Below, in pieces: positions 49,941-64,000 of a stretch of 64,000 bases of DNA (position 1 is its first letter; each line of letters starts with the position of its first letter). The notes under the pieces are model-generated. The model searched no databases. It was not told where the DNA came from and worked only from the letters and a program-made list of their open reading frames with translations. Source of the DNA: Haplodiscus bocki. Its lineage: Eukaryota. The translations under genes were made by a program, and so were the position numbers. The stretch is from contig OZ296653.1 of the NCBI GenBank assembly GCA_965655095.1, positions 45,818,001 to 45,882,000 of the forward strand. The letters run 5' to 3'.

Positions 49941-51079
49941 ATGATTTTCACAAAAAACGTTTGACTGAACAGAAAATTGTTGTGAAGTCAGCCAAATGAA
50001 CAACACAAATAACAAAATGTTTTGTGATAGTTGTAAGATATGGGTTTCCAAGGCAATTTTAACTTAAAAAAACTGAAGAAACCCATAAATTGAAACCTAC
50101 AAAAACTAATACCTATCCATTTGCTCCACTCCTGAATCAGTTTAAGAACTAAGTTAGTACCTGCTAAACCACAATTCTACAATGCAAAAATTTCGTTTTT
50201 TTAACGAAAGGGAAACCTGTTTCAATAAAAGAAACCTTGAAGACCTTTTTAGATCTAATGAGACATTGTTGGAACAATTCGACATTTCCAACCGAAAGCA
50301 ATCCAAAATGATGAGTTGGAATATCAATAAAATAACAAAAGCAGCTGCACTTTTAGCCATTTTTTCCCTATCATAAAAAATCTGTTGCTTGTAAAAAATC
50401 TATAAAATTCAATTCAGAGAACCTTCTAATGAAAGAAAGCTGTAAAATAATACATTGATGAAAGAAATCAAGTCATAGTTATTGAGAAATATGATTTTGA
50501 ATATCGCATTGTGTCATAATCAAAAGCACTCTTCGCAGTTTTCAAACTATCAGGGCTCCAACCGAAGAAACAATCGACTGTTTGTCTATTGAATAGTCCT
50601 CCTCCATTGAAAAGCTGTCGATTCAACTCATGATGCAAAAAATACAGCTGGTAGTTTTGAACGCAAATGAACTTGAGTACAGAATTCTGTAAAAATTATC
50701 AGCATTTTCGGCATCTTTGCCATATCTGGAGTCAAACACGAGGAGAAAAAGATTGTTCTGCTTTTGTAAGATCGTCCTCAAAAAGAAGGTTGTCCGCTAA
50801 GATCCTGACGAAAGAATTCAACCATTTAGTTCTGGCTAAAAGTGAGTTTCCAGAATAAGCAGAAACAATAGTTTTTTTTTCTCTTTTTGGCATTCAAGGA
50901 TCATACATGATAGATGGAGGTGATCCAGAAAAAAATTGTGAATTTATTTTTATGATTTTGGTTCCCGATGATACCAAAAAACTGATACCGAAGCACAGAA
51001 AAGAGTTAAAAAAAATGACTTCTACTTGCCCTTTCCAAAAACGATGTATCGTTTTTTCGCCTATTTTGAAAACCCTGAT

Positions 51080-51340
51080 GTTGTCAAGACTGCATTTTAC
51101 GTGTCCAGAGGAAATTCTTCTAGAGCGAAAATAATTCTTTGTTGACTGTTTCAACTCTTTGATTTTTTTTCGAAGTCTGATCGAAAATTAGTTGGCTGTT
51201 TTTTACCAAAACTGCATTCAACGTATCAAGGGGAACATTTTGAATGACAGATTTTTCGGAACTTTTTGAATCTTTTCGAAGTTTTTCCAGACTTCCGGGT
51301 TTCTGGTTATTCAAAACTGCTTTTATACGTGTCTGCAGGA
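51080..51340 (-). repeat. GGACACGT.GAATGCAGTT subrepeat family (inverted copies)
   Basis: actgcattttacgtgtccag, actgcattcaacgtatc, actgcttttatacgtgtc. Confidence 0.65.
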
Positions 51341-53559
51341 GCTTTTGGCGCAAAAGGTTTTCCAACATTTGCAGTTGACGCTGCCAGAAATTGCAAGTCA
51401 ACGGAGAAAAAAGTCCACCCTCTGACAGAAATGTTTTCCCTCAACAGTATACATTGCCACGGAAATAAACAAGTGCAATAGCACTACAAAAATTTATGCA
51501 ATCACCTGCCCATTTAAACTTTCAAACGCAGAGAGGGAACATTCGACAAAATACAGTAACCTTTGGCCATATTGCTTTGTAAGACTTTTGCAATCTTAAT
51601 TCCAGGTGGTGATTCATTCGTCATCCATGGTATTCAACTACGCAATTAGATTTAGCAGTCCGAAGTTTCCCTGTTTTTCCAAAGAAGAGTAAAAAACTAC
51701 ATTTGAGTCATTCTTTTCTTCTCATGCCGACTAAAAAGGGCCCTTTTTCATTATCGGGCAAATATAAAGCTTCCTGGAAAGCATGGAGTACTGCTCATGG
51801 TTGGAGAGACAGCGAAGTTGTAATGAATTTCAGACGGAATGCTTCTTTTCATTGTCTGCATCAAGAACTCCAGAGAAAACCAGAATAAGACATAAAAAAC
51901 TCAATTAAACCAACTGGAAATTTTCTTGATAAGGTGGTGAATCAATATTGATTTCTGTTCAACGCTCATAATATAACGCATTTAACCTGGCAAAACAATT
52001 GAAGCTAGCAAGTTTCCTTGTTTTTCCTGAAAAAAAGTTGAGCCTAGTCTTATTGATCGTACTGCATGCCTCAGGTCTTAAACAACGTGCCATTCTCCGA
52101 CAAACATTGACCGAACAAGGAACTGAGGTCGAGTTATGGACTGTTCTAGAGACGACCAAAATGTTCGAAAGAATTCAGTAAAAATTGAATGTTACAATTT
52201 CATCAACAGTTTTCCCAACAAAAACCATCACAGTACGATCGAAACTCAAGAAACTATAATTCACTCGCTGTATGAAGATCGAACAAAGTTTATCTCTGTT
52301 GAAGTATCATCTGTTCAGCTTTAATTTTCCCGAACTAAATTCCTTAGAGTGTTTTACCTTTAGAATTCCGTCAGTATAATCCGCTTCTTTGGGACATTTA
52401 TCATTTACCTTCTTTTCCAAAAAAAATCAAGTTGTTTATGATCCAAAATTCCGCAGAGCTGTGGCAAGTGTAATTCAGGTTGAAAGCCGCAAAACTGTGA
52501 AGAGTATCATTGAAAGGAAGTTTTTTGAAATATTTGTTTGAAAGCTCGAACCAAAAACAAGCAGAGAACAACAAAATGAAAAAAAAAACAGAGCTTTCTT
52601 TGGTTTTTGAATAACAAACTTAGGTTCGATTGATGCTCAACTGTTGTGCTTGTTGAATGATTTGAAAATAGCAAAGGATAGGTAAAAATTTGCGAGTTCC
52701 ATTGTTTCTGTTAATGGTAATTTTCGACAAATTCTCTGAGATGGTCTCAAATACCTTACAATGCTCAAAAGCAGCTTGTTGAGTTGGTTGGACGGTAGTA
52801 ATCATGGGTTAAAACCAAACTTACTTGATTGACCTGTCGGTGGGAGAAAAACTGGCCAATTTCTTAAGAAAAAACAAGTTTGTTGGTTGTTGTTCAAAAA
52901 AGTTAGCACTTTTTTTTTAAAAAAAGGCATCAAACAAAATTGAAGAAATCTTGGAACGTTCAGAAGTCGGATCTACTAGTCTTGAGGAATGTTTTCAGAG
53001 CGGATAATTATGTCAAAAAACCTGATAATTTTGAGTTTTGTTCCGGCCTCGGCGAGAAATTCCCGGTTCGTGCCAGTTGTTTCATTGAAACTAGCCAAAA
53101 AATCTTGGAAATTTTTTTGGTGGTTTCTATCAGCAAATATAGCGGACATAGAAAGGCACAGGCGAAAATTTTGAAGAGCAGTGCAAGTGCCGGCAAAAGT
53201 TTGGTCTGAAAAAACCGAATGGTTGACCATCGGAGAAAAGATAATAGAATTTGTTTACAATATGTTGCTATGCTTCGCATTACGTGAAATAAAAAAGGTC
53301 AAAACTAACTATTTTTTGGGAATATACCTTGCAAAACTTAAGCTCGCGAAAAAAATTTGCGATTATTGGCTGACAAAATTGAAAGTCTGTAAAAATTTTT
53401 ATTGCTTCGATTCAAGATTCGCCGACCTTTCACAACCCGGCTCACCCAATTAAGTACGCATACTAATCCTACATAGGGCCATCAAAGAGACTGTGAGTTT
53501 CACATGAAAATTCTGTGCCCATAAGATTGTTTAGTTCTTCTTTGTGCCCGTAAACTGGG

Positions 53560-56300
53560 ATCTGACAGTTTTGGAGGTAGGTTGTTTATCTCAAGCCAAG
53601 CAGTACCTCGTGGTCATCCATCCTGGTTACTGTTTTCTCTCAATTTAACGCTTCTAGTAACAACTTTGGACAAAATTCCGGAAACCCGTAAACAACAGAT
53701 GTTACTCCTGATAAAAATCGATGTCAACGAATATTTATAATGAGGCACAGGAACTTCAGATTTTCTTGTACAATAAAACCGGTGGCAACCAACCATGAGT
53801 CTCAACAAGTAATGAAAACATGGGATTCCACACAAAGAGAACTGAATAATGTCAACTTCTCTTACCTTAACAAAAGTGCTTTAACATCAAATATTCATCT
53901 GTTCCTTCTTGGAACCGTCTTCAAACAATGTAACTCTGCCCTCGATACTACAAAAAATGTACTTTGTTCAAATGAAAACAGTTTCCTCCATTTTTTTCCA
54001 GAGACTCTCAGGGACGTCTCTCATTCAGTATAACGTCTTTTTTTTTACCTCAGCAAAAAAAACAGGCAGAGTCTTGCTCATTGCCTTTTTCAACTGTTCC
54101 TGTTCGGCAGCTCAACTAACATCAAGTCTCAGAAACTCTTTAAGAATTACTTCACTGAATATGTTACTTCCTCAATCAATCCCACCATTAAACAACTCTT
54201 CCCACCGCTTCATCGAAATTAACTCGCTGCGAAGAAGATGGAGTCCAAATCCATGAACCTGATAAACTGTTCAGCAGCGGATACTGCGCGCATCTCCCAG
54301 AGTCCATCACACATTTTGCTTTGGTATGATGGGTTCAGGAATTTTTTTTCAGATTCATATTACGGGTATTCTTACAATAACACAGCCACCACTGCATCTG
54401 AGTCATCCTAGAGTAGGTCAAAATAACGAGGAAGAAACTGTATTTAGTTCTTTTTGTACCGGAATTGCCGGGTGCTTTTTGTTTCTATATAACTCACAGG
54501 AAGAAAAAAATTCTGTGATTTTCCGCTGGCAGCAACAGCGCACCACATTCTGTTCCAGTGCCTTCAAACATTCAAGAAGTCCTGCAGCACCTTATATCCA
54601 CTGATCCAGCGCTTCAAAAATTTGTTGGTTGTTGAAATTACTTTCTCTTGTCAGAGGTCCATGAGGCTTTTTCTAACTGTGAAGATCTTCTAACTTCACT
54701 CGTTTATTCGTCCGACAATTCGTAGTTATAACTTATGTTCGACAATGATTACCTACTTTTCTTTGCAATCGAACGGTTAAGTGTTCAAAACCTGGGCACC
54801 AGAAGAAGTCATGGCGTAACTGCTGTATGCTGCACTTTTTGTCTAAGTTCTTAAAAACGAAGGTCATCCTGTAAGTCTATCCGCTCAGACGAAGGAGATT
54901 TTATTCACACGCTTCATCTTCATCATCTACATGATAACTTTTTTGAGGACCTTCAGAAACCGAAGTGGCAACTTTCACAACATTCCTCGACACTAGTGGC
55001 AGCAACTTTTGGCGGAAGTCTCGGGAAGTACATCAATCCTTCAAAATGTTTGCAATGTTACCCGGTATATGAGCAGAAAATTTTGTTACTCTAGCTCTTT
55101 TGGGCTCCAGACAACTCAAACTTGATTTGTGTACTTTTGTCTTCTTTCAGTGAACCTCAAACAATCTTCCTTATGCTGGCGAAAAAAATGTAGCAGGTCC
55201 CCCACTAGTTCCTTGGCTCTATACGTTTGGTCGTGGGCTCGATCGCGCGTGTCAACTTGTGTAGCTGTGGCATAGGTTTAGGTCATAACTGAGCTTTAAA
55301 GGTTCCTAGTTTACAGAGTAGAACCCATGTAAGACAATACGTCAACACTTTGCTGCATCGTTCTTTAATGATGGCCCGAAAGACTTGTTAAGTTGCACCT
55401 GGTGACCGATGATGCTTCCCTTGTGTCCTTTTCCTTCCACATGGGTATGCATGACTACCGAAACTTGGGTCATTTGTTCCTTCGTTTGGGGAAAAATGAA
55501 TGAGACGCTGCCACATTAACATCTAAAGTTTTCAAGGCCTCCAGCATGTCTTGCATTGACCTGCAGTTTACGAGGTTCTTACTTATCACAACTTGGACTG
55601 CTTCTATTTTGTCTGCCATCTTGCGTGTCGAAAAGCCGCAGAGTTACATCTGTTGTTGGTAATTTTTATGTATTTTTCTGACTTTCTGGCATAGAGAGTT
55701 CTTCCTTGCAGAAAATTTTCGGACTACACATTTCAGACGTGCAGGCTACTGGAACATAACCTAAGATTTTTTATTGACCGTAGTTACCAGCAGTTCCAGA
55801 ATTATGCAAAGATTCGTCAGGAAACCTAACAGTGAACGTCGAAACGTTATTGGTGTCATTTCATCCGATGTCACTTCGTCCCTTGTCTATATTCCTACTG
55901 TTATTTTGGGTGGTACAGAGGTTAATTTATTGTGTTTAGCTCTGCCAATGTGTTTAGCTCTGCTCAATTTATTGAGGTTGTGCTCTTCAGAATAGCTTAT
56001 TTTGATAAACGAGCTGCCCATGTATGTTTGTCGGCTTAGTTTTTTCTAGACATACGAAATCCTTCAAATTTTTGATTTTGACACTTCAAATTCTGCAAAC
56101 ATTAACTTCCTGTCTTTGTCATCAACTTTCGACTGGCGACTTTCTACAGAACAAATAACGTTTTTCTCAATTAACTGGGCACAGATCTGACATCTCAGTT
56201 GTTTTCAAGGAATTTCTATTTTCCGGTTTTCTTTTTCTCACCTTTTTGAGTCACGTGTTCTCAAAACGGGCCTAAGAATGTGTCCAAAACAGATACAGCT
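53560..56300 (-). mobile_element. Heavily decayed coding-like sequence, possibly the 3' part of an LTR retrotransposon
   Basis: GC-richer, broken minus-strand frames; weak GPY/F-like remnant (GYVPV...SPKIF) ~55700-55770; no decisive motif. Confidence 0.25.
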
Positions 56301-57135
56301 CCTGGGGAGGCCAAAGGTGTGTTTTATATATCCCTAAGTAGCGAAATTGTAAACAGTAGCAATCCTCAACTTTCCTGGCTGGCTCTAGTTGCTCTTATAT
56401 TGATATCAGCAGCGTAATGAACATGGTTTTCCGTTTACAATACATATCAGATGAATTTCGGGTGATCAATACTTAAGAAGATATTCAATTTTGTAATTTC
56501 GAGTCGAAGAAACACGTCGTTTCCCGAAGTCGACTACTGAGTAATTAAAAACTGTCACAATTAGACTAATTGTCCGCAAAGGCACATTTTATGCTATCTA
56601 GTTTTCGAGGACGTTAAATGCGAAATTTGAAGTCGATACAACAGTGGAAATGGATTTGAGTTTTCTTGAAATTTGAACCAAATTTTGTTTGGGAACCCCT
56701 CAAAGTTTGGTACCACTTTATGAACACTACCCGTTGCATGTTCATCATAAAATAAGACCAAGTTTTCTCAGTTAAGTATGACTAGAAATCAAGTTATTTG
56801 CGGTCGTTTGACCTAGTTTCATTTCTTTTCTGGAACCCGAAAGATCCGAAGTTGGCATGATTTCAACACAAATTCGGTGTCTCGATACTTTTTTGAGTGC
56901 TTTCCTAGTTTAAACCTGTCCAAAACTGCTAAACGAGTACCTCAATTTATCTCATTTATGACTTTTAGTGTACTCAATTTTTTAATCTGTTGTGTAAATT
57001 TTCGGTGGTTACTGAGTTCCTGGGTCCAAAAATGGCGCAAAATGAGGCATTAACAGTTCAAATTTTGGGCCTGCAATTGTACTTGATGTGGTTTTCGGGT
57101 AAGTATAGAAGAGTAACTCAAAAAATGTAATAGAG

Positions 57136-57210
57136 ACGGCCTGTAGAGGGATTCGAACCCACACGTATGGGTGACTTAACCGGGCTGACTAGGCGTTTTC
57201 GCAATATCTG
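57136..57210 (-). mobile_element. tRNA-derived SINE-like fragment
   Basis: Reverse complement contains GTGGGTTCGAATCCC B-box; no complete cloverleaf. Confidence 0.5.
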
Positions 57211-57854
57211 AGGCAGTATGAGTGCAGACTGGCATTGCAGACGATAAGTCTGCTTTGCAAAAAAAAACTAAATAAACACTGCCTGACATGGGTATTATGT
57301 ATTTTTTGGTGAAGATAAAAAACTCCGCTACTGAAACGAATTTGTTCTTCGCAAATGCTTTTCGACGGAAATTAAGACACCGCTACCTGCACGGTTGGTC
57401 TTTGAACCTCATGTTAAAATTTTCAGAGCAGAACACTTCAGTAAATTCTCTCGAAACATTCACCCAAAACTGGAAGTGCCTGGAATGAAGGTTAACAAAA
57501 GAGTGAAAGGAACAGTTTAGGAGACAAACACTTGTAAAAATGGATGCCCAGATATCTGGGAAAATACGGAAAACACAAAGGTTATTGGCAGAAAAAGGAA
57601 CCAGAACTATTATTCTGGGAGATTCGTGAGAACACTGGTGCCAGTGATGAGATCTGGCAGACAAAGAGCTACGACAGTTGTCTAATATATGTAGTGAACA
57701 AACGAAACTGTACAAAAAAATCGGTAGGTTGTTTTCCAGTGAAGCTAGGATAAAACAATATGACGTAGAAGTGACTCTAGGAGAAATTTTTGAGCCTATC
57801 CAGCGTACATAACAGAGATCGCCGCTGCGATTGAGGGACCCGTATGAGGACGCA

Positions 57855-59462
57855 TGTCATGCTCGCATGAAGCAAATACGAACTATATAACTATGCGATT
57901 AGCCTATGTCCTATTATGAAGACTCTACGTATATCTAGTATCACTAATGCATACGAACATTTTCAACTTTAAAATTTATGTGTTACAACTTCCTCCCTCA
58001 ACGATAGGAACGCGTTTATGTACTATTTATAAAAGTCGAGAGTGACCTTAAACACCCCTCACTTGATGCTACACACTTTAGCCGTAAAATTGCAAGCATT
58101 TGAAAGTGAGCTATAACACACCTCATTTCATCGCAGCCATAATCGCGCTACATTTAAATTACAAATTAGGATTTGCCGCAGTACACATCACTCTAAAGCG
58201 CTGTACAACCACGATAAAAGTAATCCATTGTATAGAGTGAGCTTTACCATACATCACCAGCGCATCTGCTCAGTAATATCTGCCAATTGGAAGTGAGCAG
58301 CCTCACGCATTACTTCAGTGCAATTTGCAGTGATCACTGTGAAAATTGCTTATTAGAGTGAGCTAACCTACACTTCACTCCAAAGATACAGTTTGATCAA
58401 AATCATCATTTAAAGTGATCCATATCACACACAGCTTCACAGCGCAGTAAATTTAAAAGTCGTATCACACCTCATTCTCAATTATTACTATTTCACTGCA
58501 GCAAAGTGCATTGTTGAGAGTGAGATTTAGCAGATTTCAATCTAGAGTTATCTGTTTAAATGCGCGCAGGAAGTGATTTAATGTGTATTAGAAATATTAC
58601 CGACGTGATTTCCAGCATTTATGCAGTCAGTGCTAAGTAAAGACGATCAATTACAGTAAGCCGCACGTAAGCTCTTTTGAGTCATCTCGAACAATTACTA
58701 TCAACAATAAATAGTGCTTTTGGTCGTGAATTAGTTAGAATAGCTAATTAGTGAGGCTACCGTCACATCACCCCACGCGGTCAAATCCATGGAAACTTAA
58801 TTACAGAAGAAGGTGCGACAAAGAAATGCATCAATTAATGTGGATAATTGGTGCTAGTTGAATTACTCCGAAGGTTAGGTGTAAAAGTGATGTCCAATGA
58901 GAAGCACCCAAATAGTCACGTGACTTAGTTGCGACCGCAATTAAGGCACATCTGACTAGGCGCGACTACCCGAATGAGAATCAGATAGAACGTCAGTGAG
59001 AATAAATCAAAATCCTCAAAACTTAACTTCCAGCCTTGCATAGTTACTATTAGTCATAACTTGGATTTGTACATTTTTACTACTCCCTTGATCATTCAAT
59101 CGATATAACTAAACCCTCATTAAACTTCAATATTTCAACAACCAGCAGCTTTTTCCAGTTTTTGAGTGAAGAGACTAAAACCGGCACGCAAACATTTGAG
59201 AGTTCCTCAGAGACTATTGAACTAAGATCAATTCAGGAAACGGAAATAGAGCCTGCATTTGGCGAAACGTCCGTTACTGAGCTCACCTTGAGATCAATCG
59301 ACGAAAGGATCAAACAAGCAGCTGATCCGATACTTAAGAGAGTAGAAGAACTGTGTGCTCTTCTAGCGAGTCGGACCGAGAAGGAATCCACTGGCAACAG
59401 TGAAGCGTCCGGTTCGAGGCGAGACCGTGAGTTCTCCAGCCCCTCGCGCAGCCGTTACGACA
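57855..59462 (+). mobile_element. Solo LTR (~1.6 kb) with internal repeat array and 3'-terminal ORF
   Basis: TGTCAT...ACGACA ends; flanks ACGCA/GCGCC (3/5 match); ORF from 59162 runs through the CA end; same size and layout as 28160-29749. Confidence 0.55.
58035..58535. repeat. Degenerate ~57-65 bp array with conserved (A/G)AGTGAGC..CAC..TCA core
   Basis: Core motif at ~58038, 58102, 58233, 58290, 58354, 58411, 58455, 58518. Confidence 0.65.
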
Positions 59463-60429
59463 GCGCCAGAGACTTATAATGCACTCAAAAACACGAATTT
59501 CCATTTTATTTTGGCAAAACTTTGAAAACCTTACAAAGCCATATCAACCAAACCTAATTAATAACAATTGGATGTTTGAGCCGAAAGCTCGAATAGAATC
59601 GAATAGGAGTGCCTCTGCTACCAAAATAAGTTCAAATTACAAAAGAGTCTCTTTCTTCTTGGTCAAGTTTTGATATGGATCCGAAGCTTTATCTACAGGC
59701 CAAAGACCACTCTTATCCGAGCGAGAGCTTTTTGCGCTGCAGTCCAGTCTGTTATTTATTTAACTGAATTTTGAGTACATTAAATAAGTGCTCTGTTAGT
59801 GTTTTCTGGTCACCATTAACACTTTAAACGTTTGCGATACGAAATTTAGGCCTAATTGTGATTAATGATACCCTCCTGAACAACTCAAAATATGTGCAAG
59901 TATTTCTTCTGATCTTAAAACAACTTCTTATAATATTCTGAAGGTCAAAGTATTTAATTTTTAAGTTATTTTCTTCAGAATTTTCGCTTATTCCTTTCTA
60001 GTGGAATAATTTGAATAGATTTTAACTAAAGTTATTCAATCGGTGCTTCACATTTTCCATCGCTTCTTCCTTGGAAAACTGTGAATCGTACTGGACTGTT
60101 AACGTTGAAAGAAATTTCGCACTTCGTGAGATCTATTCAGGTAATTGGCGTTTAAAAATTGAAAGATGAAGTGGTGCCACACACCAAAAAGGTTCAAGCA
60201 GAAACAGACAATTGCAACCTAAAATTTTGATCGAGCTTCAACATTATCTGGAATCAGTGAATCAGCAATTGAAATATAAACCTGATCTAGCAAATAGACA
60301 CAAGTTTTGAGAGAGTTGTCAAAAAGGGAAGCAAAATGGCTTTGGGAAGAGGAACACAATGCATAGTTTCAGGTCGTACCACACACTCTAAGAGAATATA
60401 TTTATGTCAACACATCTTATTAAAAAGTA

Positions 60430-61060
60430 AATGTTGTGCAAGCTGTGTCATGCTAGTTATGAAGAAACGGGGGCCGAAAGAAAAAGAAGAAGGGAAACCA
60501 GTTGCTTGTATTTGAAGAAACTTCAATAATTTAGAATCAGTCATTCCAGTAAATTTAGTGAAACGTTTTCGTAAAACGACTTGGAATTACTAGCATTTGT
60601 ATAGTCTGCTGAGTATTTTACAAAAAATGTGTGTATAGAACCAAACTTGAAGTTGAACCAAACCATAAGTCTTTTTAGTCAGTGACGTTTAAAAGTAGTG
60701 GTAATAAAATATTTTCAAGAGCGCTGCATTGATCCAAGGAAGTTGGTCCGTCTGAGCCGCCTCGGAACCTTTCTCGAATTTTAAATTGGTACCTTGACGC
60801 CGTGTTCTTTGTTTTTGGTATATCAAAACGTCTAGCAACGTCTTGGCGAAAGAGTGACTGGGAAACGATGCAAGAACGTTCATAATGGGCTTCAATTCAA
60901 AAGTCAATTTTCAAGTAACTGGAATATTGGTAAAGCGAATCTTGAAAGCAATCATCTCCAGAACCTCTGCGTCATTGGAGCTGCGACGGTTTCTCCAAAC
61001 CGAAAATCGACAATTTAACAGAAAAGCACATGCAAATTTTTGTGCTTAGAGCAAAGAAGG
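60430..61060 (+). pseudogene. Internally deleted hAT transposase remnant
   Basis: CKLC (BED-finger-like) ~60437, IDPR ~60728, LEYW ~60919 and RTSASLE/RRFSK ~60960-61000 (hATC dimerization motif) in the expected order. Confidence 0.45.
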
Positions 61061-61245
61061 AAAAGAATTTTAATCGAATCTTATGTTGTCAGACAAAGGA
61101 CAGTCAAGTGTGTCTCTTCTGGCAAAATAAAAATGTTCAAACCGGAATTGGAAAACCTCGCTGTATCTTCTCTGAACTACCAATGCTTCTTTTTTCAAAC
61201 CCCATCAAGTGGAACAGGCAATCAGAAAAAGACCCGTAATAAGTA

Positions 61246-61400
61246 CCCGGGTTGAAATTTGGGGATACGCCGCTATTTTGCCGGTAAACTCCACCAGCGC
61301 CGCTAACTTTCTATTACAACGCCCTAAACGCCTTTATAGAACAAGGACAGTCGTTGATTCCTCTCGCGTTACGGTCGAACACCGTTAACGTTGATATACC
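61246..61400. mobile_element. Left end of another CCCGGGTTGA-type element
   Basis: ta|cccgggttgaaa followed by CGCCGCTA subrepeats. Confidence 0.4.
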
Positions 61401-62199
61401 AAAAAAACGCGTCTGCAAAAATCTAAATTTTTCACATCATGAAGAATCAAAAAGTCATGGTCATTCAAATTTTCTCGACAAGGGTTGCGTATCATTCAGA
61501 GCAATATTTCTTCGATAGAGTGGGATACAAATATCAACAACAACCAGCGAAGAATGTTAAAAATGAACACGTTAAGACGATTTCTTAGTTCGAGTTTTGC
61601 AAAAGTTCCGACAATCTTATTTCCCAATTTTTTTTTCATTCTCTTCGTGTCTTCAATATCATGGTGCCCCGAGTCATAGTTCTTCCTGTTTACTTTTCAG
61701 ACGCTGTTATGAACTGTGGCTGATTTCAATTTGCAAAAAGGGAATTTTCCAGATATTGAGAGTAAATTGACTGAGATAATGGTTTCCTTTATGTTCCCGT
61801 ATTAGCAGCGTTAAGAAATTGCCAGTCTTTTTCTAGTATAGCCGCGTAAGTTACTACCGCTATTTTTCCTGTTAATAACCGCTTCTTTGGCTAATTTTGA
61901 CCATCGTTAACGCTTTTATATCGAAAATATTTCAGCCAAAATTTTGACATGGTTACCAGTGATTCCAAGTACCAAAACAACTCGCTTCACAGGGCCATGA
62001 ATTCAAATGACCATTCATCTTACACGGACTGAATCTACCAGAAGGGGCTGAATACCTCGGCTTACGTCTATTGCTTAACTTTAAGATCGATGCGCTTTCC
62101 ATGGTAGGTAATGGCGGAACCATATAGAGCCGGGCTTGAAGTTTGTTTCTGCTGCCAACATCGCGCTAAACGGGAAATGCAAATTCGGTTGAAGGGGAT

Positions 62200-64000
62200 A
62201 TTCCGACGTCCCACCATAGGCCCATTTTCTTTACAGTCTAGCTTCCCGAATACTTACCCAGAGTGCACCCCTCAAAAGATACAACCTAAAGAAAACAGAC
62301 TTGAATAAGTGGAATAAGGTGTCGGTCATGCTGGATTCCCTCATAACAAAAAAAAGAACCCAGAACCCAGATAGAACACTTATAGCAACTTCAGCAAAAA
62401 CGTAGACAAAGCTGCATGCAGCTCGATAGCTGCAGGAAGCTGAGAGAAAATTGAGTTCGTCGGGTCTTGAAAGACTGAACAAATAGCTGTTGCTGAAGAG
62501 TGACACGTCCTTCAGCAGAGATTTTTTCTTCAGGGAAATCTTCAGCTTATCCAAAAATTTGTATCGCTGTGTCTTACAGATTCCATTGGAATACAGTGAC
62601 AGAAAAAAAGAAACACCAAAATGGACAAGAGAAAAGTCTGGAAAGTAGAAACTCACAAACGGTAAACCACTGGAAAGCATAGCTGCTATAGTACCAGTTC
62701 AAAAAGCTACGAATTTGAAGAAAGCAGAAATTCGTTCGTAGAAAAGACCACACCAAGACGTGACACGAAAACTCTTGAAGGAAAACACTGATGATTTTCC
62801 GCCTTCCAAGCAAAACAACATCGAAAAATTCCTGCAAAAAATCTTGCAAAGTAACACACAAGGATTGGACAACATATTGAAGGAGATGTGTCGGGCGTGG
62901 AATGGTTGCTCAGTTTCCTGCACTACTGTGTGCGAACGAATATACGCATAAACTGGCGTTGTGGGAAACTGCCGAAAGGCCAAAATGATCTGAACGAGAT
63001 TCAGGGTTATATATCATTGAACAATAGCTTTGTTGTGTATCACTTACAAAGTTTCAGTGAAACTGGTTTGCGAAAAAACGTTTGTAAGCCATTTGTGAAC
63101 CCAAAATCGCAGAGGAAAAAGTTGGTTCTCCACCAGGTAGAAATTTGTGTGACAAATCGCTCAATTTGACACAAAACATTCCAAATTGATTGGAGGAAAA
63201 ACTCGTCACAGTTGAAGCGTTCGTGGACCTTGCTGCAATCTATAACACAGCTCAACATGATCAGAATGTTGTGCAAAGAATTCGTGACCAGCCAAGCAGT
63301 CTACAATTCCGAGTAGATATAAATGGTAGAATTAGTGATTGGAAAACCCAGAAGACCTGGCACCTCTTCTTTTGAATCTCCACACTGCAGATATTCCAAA
63401 CTTCACGGAATTGAAGATTTTTATAAACGTACATGTCCCAGCACTGGAAATTAAATACGAACACTTCGGTAGAGATGCAAATTATCCAGAGACCGTTCTT
63501 CATATGCAAGGTTTTTTAAAGCAGAGATTAGCGAAACAGAGAATGCAACGAAAATAGAATTGATTACTTGGCACAAGGAATTAAAAGAAGCAAATGGACA
63601 AGTAAATGCTTACAGGAATGAAGGAAAGCTCCTGCATGAGGAAGCAACTTCGGACCTGGGAGTTTTCTTAGATAGAATCTTAACTTACTAGCAACATATT
63701 GAAAAACTGAGGAACAAGGTTACTGCATGCGAGGCCCTGTTGCGGAAGTTGGGTAATACTTCATAGAGCTGCTGTGCTACCACGCTGAGATCGTCTGCCT
63801 TTTCAATATTATACGCACACGCACACTTTCATCAGATCACACAAGAGTTCTAGTAGTTTCAACCACATATCAGTCACCGCTCTTATCTGTGGCGCGTCTT
63901 CTTTTGACGTTACGTGGGGTACCTGAGCTGCTATCAGCGCTGCTGACTTCCGCCATAGCTTGTCCGTTTAGGCTACTTGTCATCAGTTTCAGCAGTGTTT
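62200..64000 (+). mobile_element. Decayed coding-like region, possibly the 3' region of an LTR retrotransposon
   Basis: Broken + strand frames with coiled-coil character; G-rich PPT-like gtgggg ~63914; no diagnostic motif. Confidence 0.2.

Noticed and set aside
58035-58535. CRISPR array
   Set aside because: Repeats are short and degenerate, unit lengths are irregular, there are no cas genes, and the context is a eukaryotic LTR

Overview
Eukaryotic (animal-like), AT-rich and transposon-saturated genomic window. (1) 1-13254 is the right-hand ~13 kb of a decayed Polinton/Maverick (adintovirus-like endogenous virus). It holds the pPolB N-terminus (-), accessory ORFs, and a + strand block of DEDD-type exonuclease, packaging ATPase, integrase, minor capsid, core protein, major capsid and adenain protease, followed by a repeat-rich terminus. 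Nearly all of its genes are frameshifted. (2) A spliced host gene for a heparan sulfate 2-O-sulfotransferase (HS2ST-like) lies on + strand, with six phase-consistent exons between 18464 and 48460. Its N-terminal exon was not securely found. (3) An intact, intronless secreted TSP1-trypsin-like serine protease gene (33362-34459, - strand) is nested antisense in one HS2ST intron. (4) Two decayed Ty3/Gypsy elements, two ~1.6-kb solo LTRs with an ORF running to the LTR end, MITEs, Helitron-like ends, tRNA-derived SINEs and a hAT remnant fill introns and intergenic DNA. All calls come from manual reading and motif recognition; no database searches were run.
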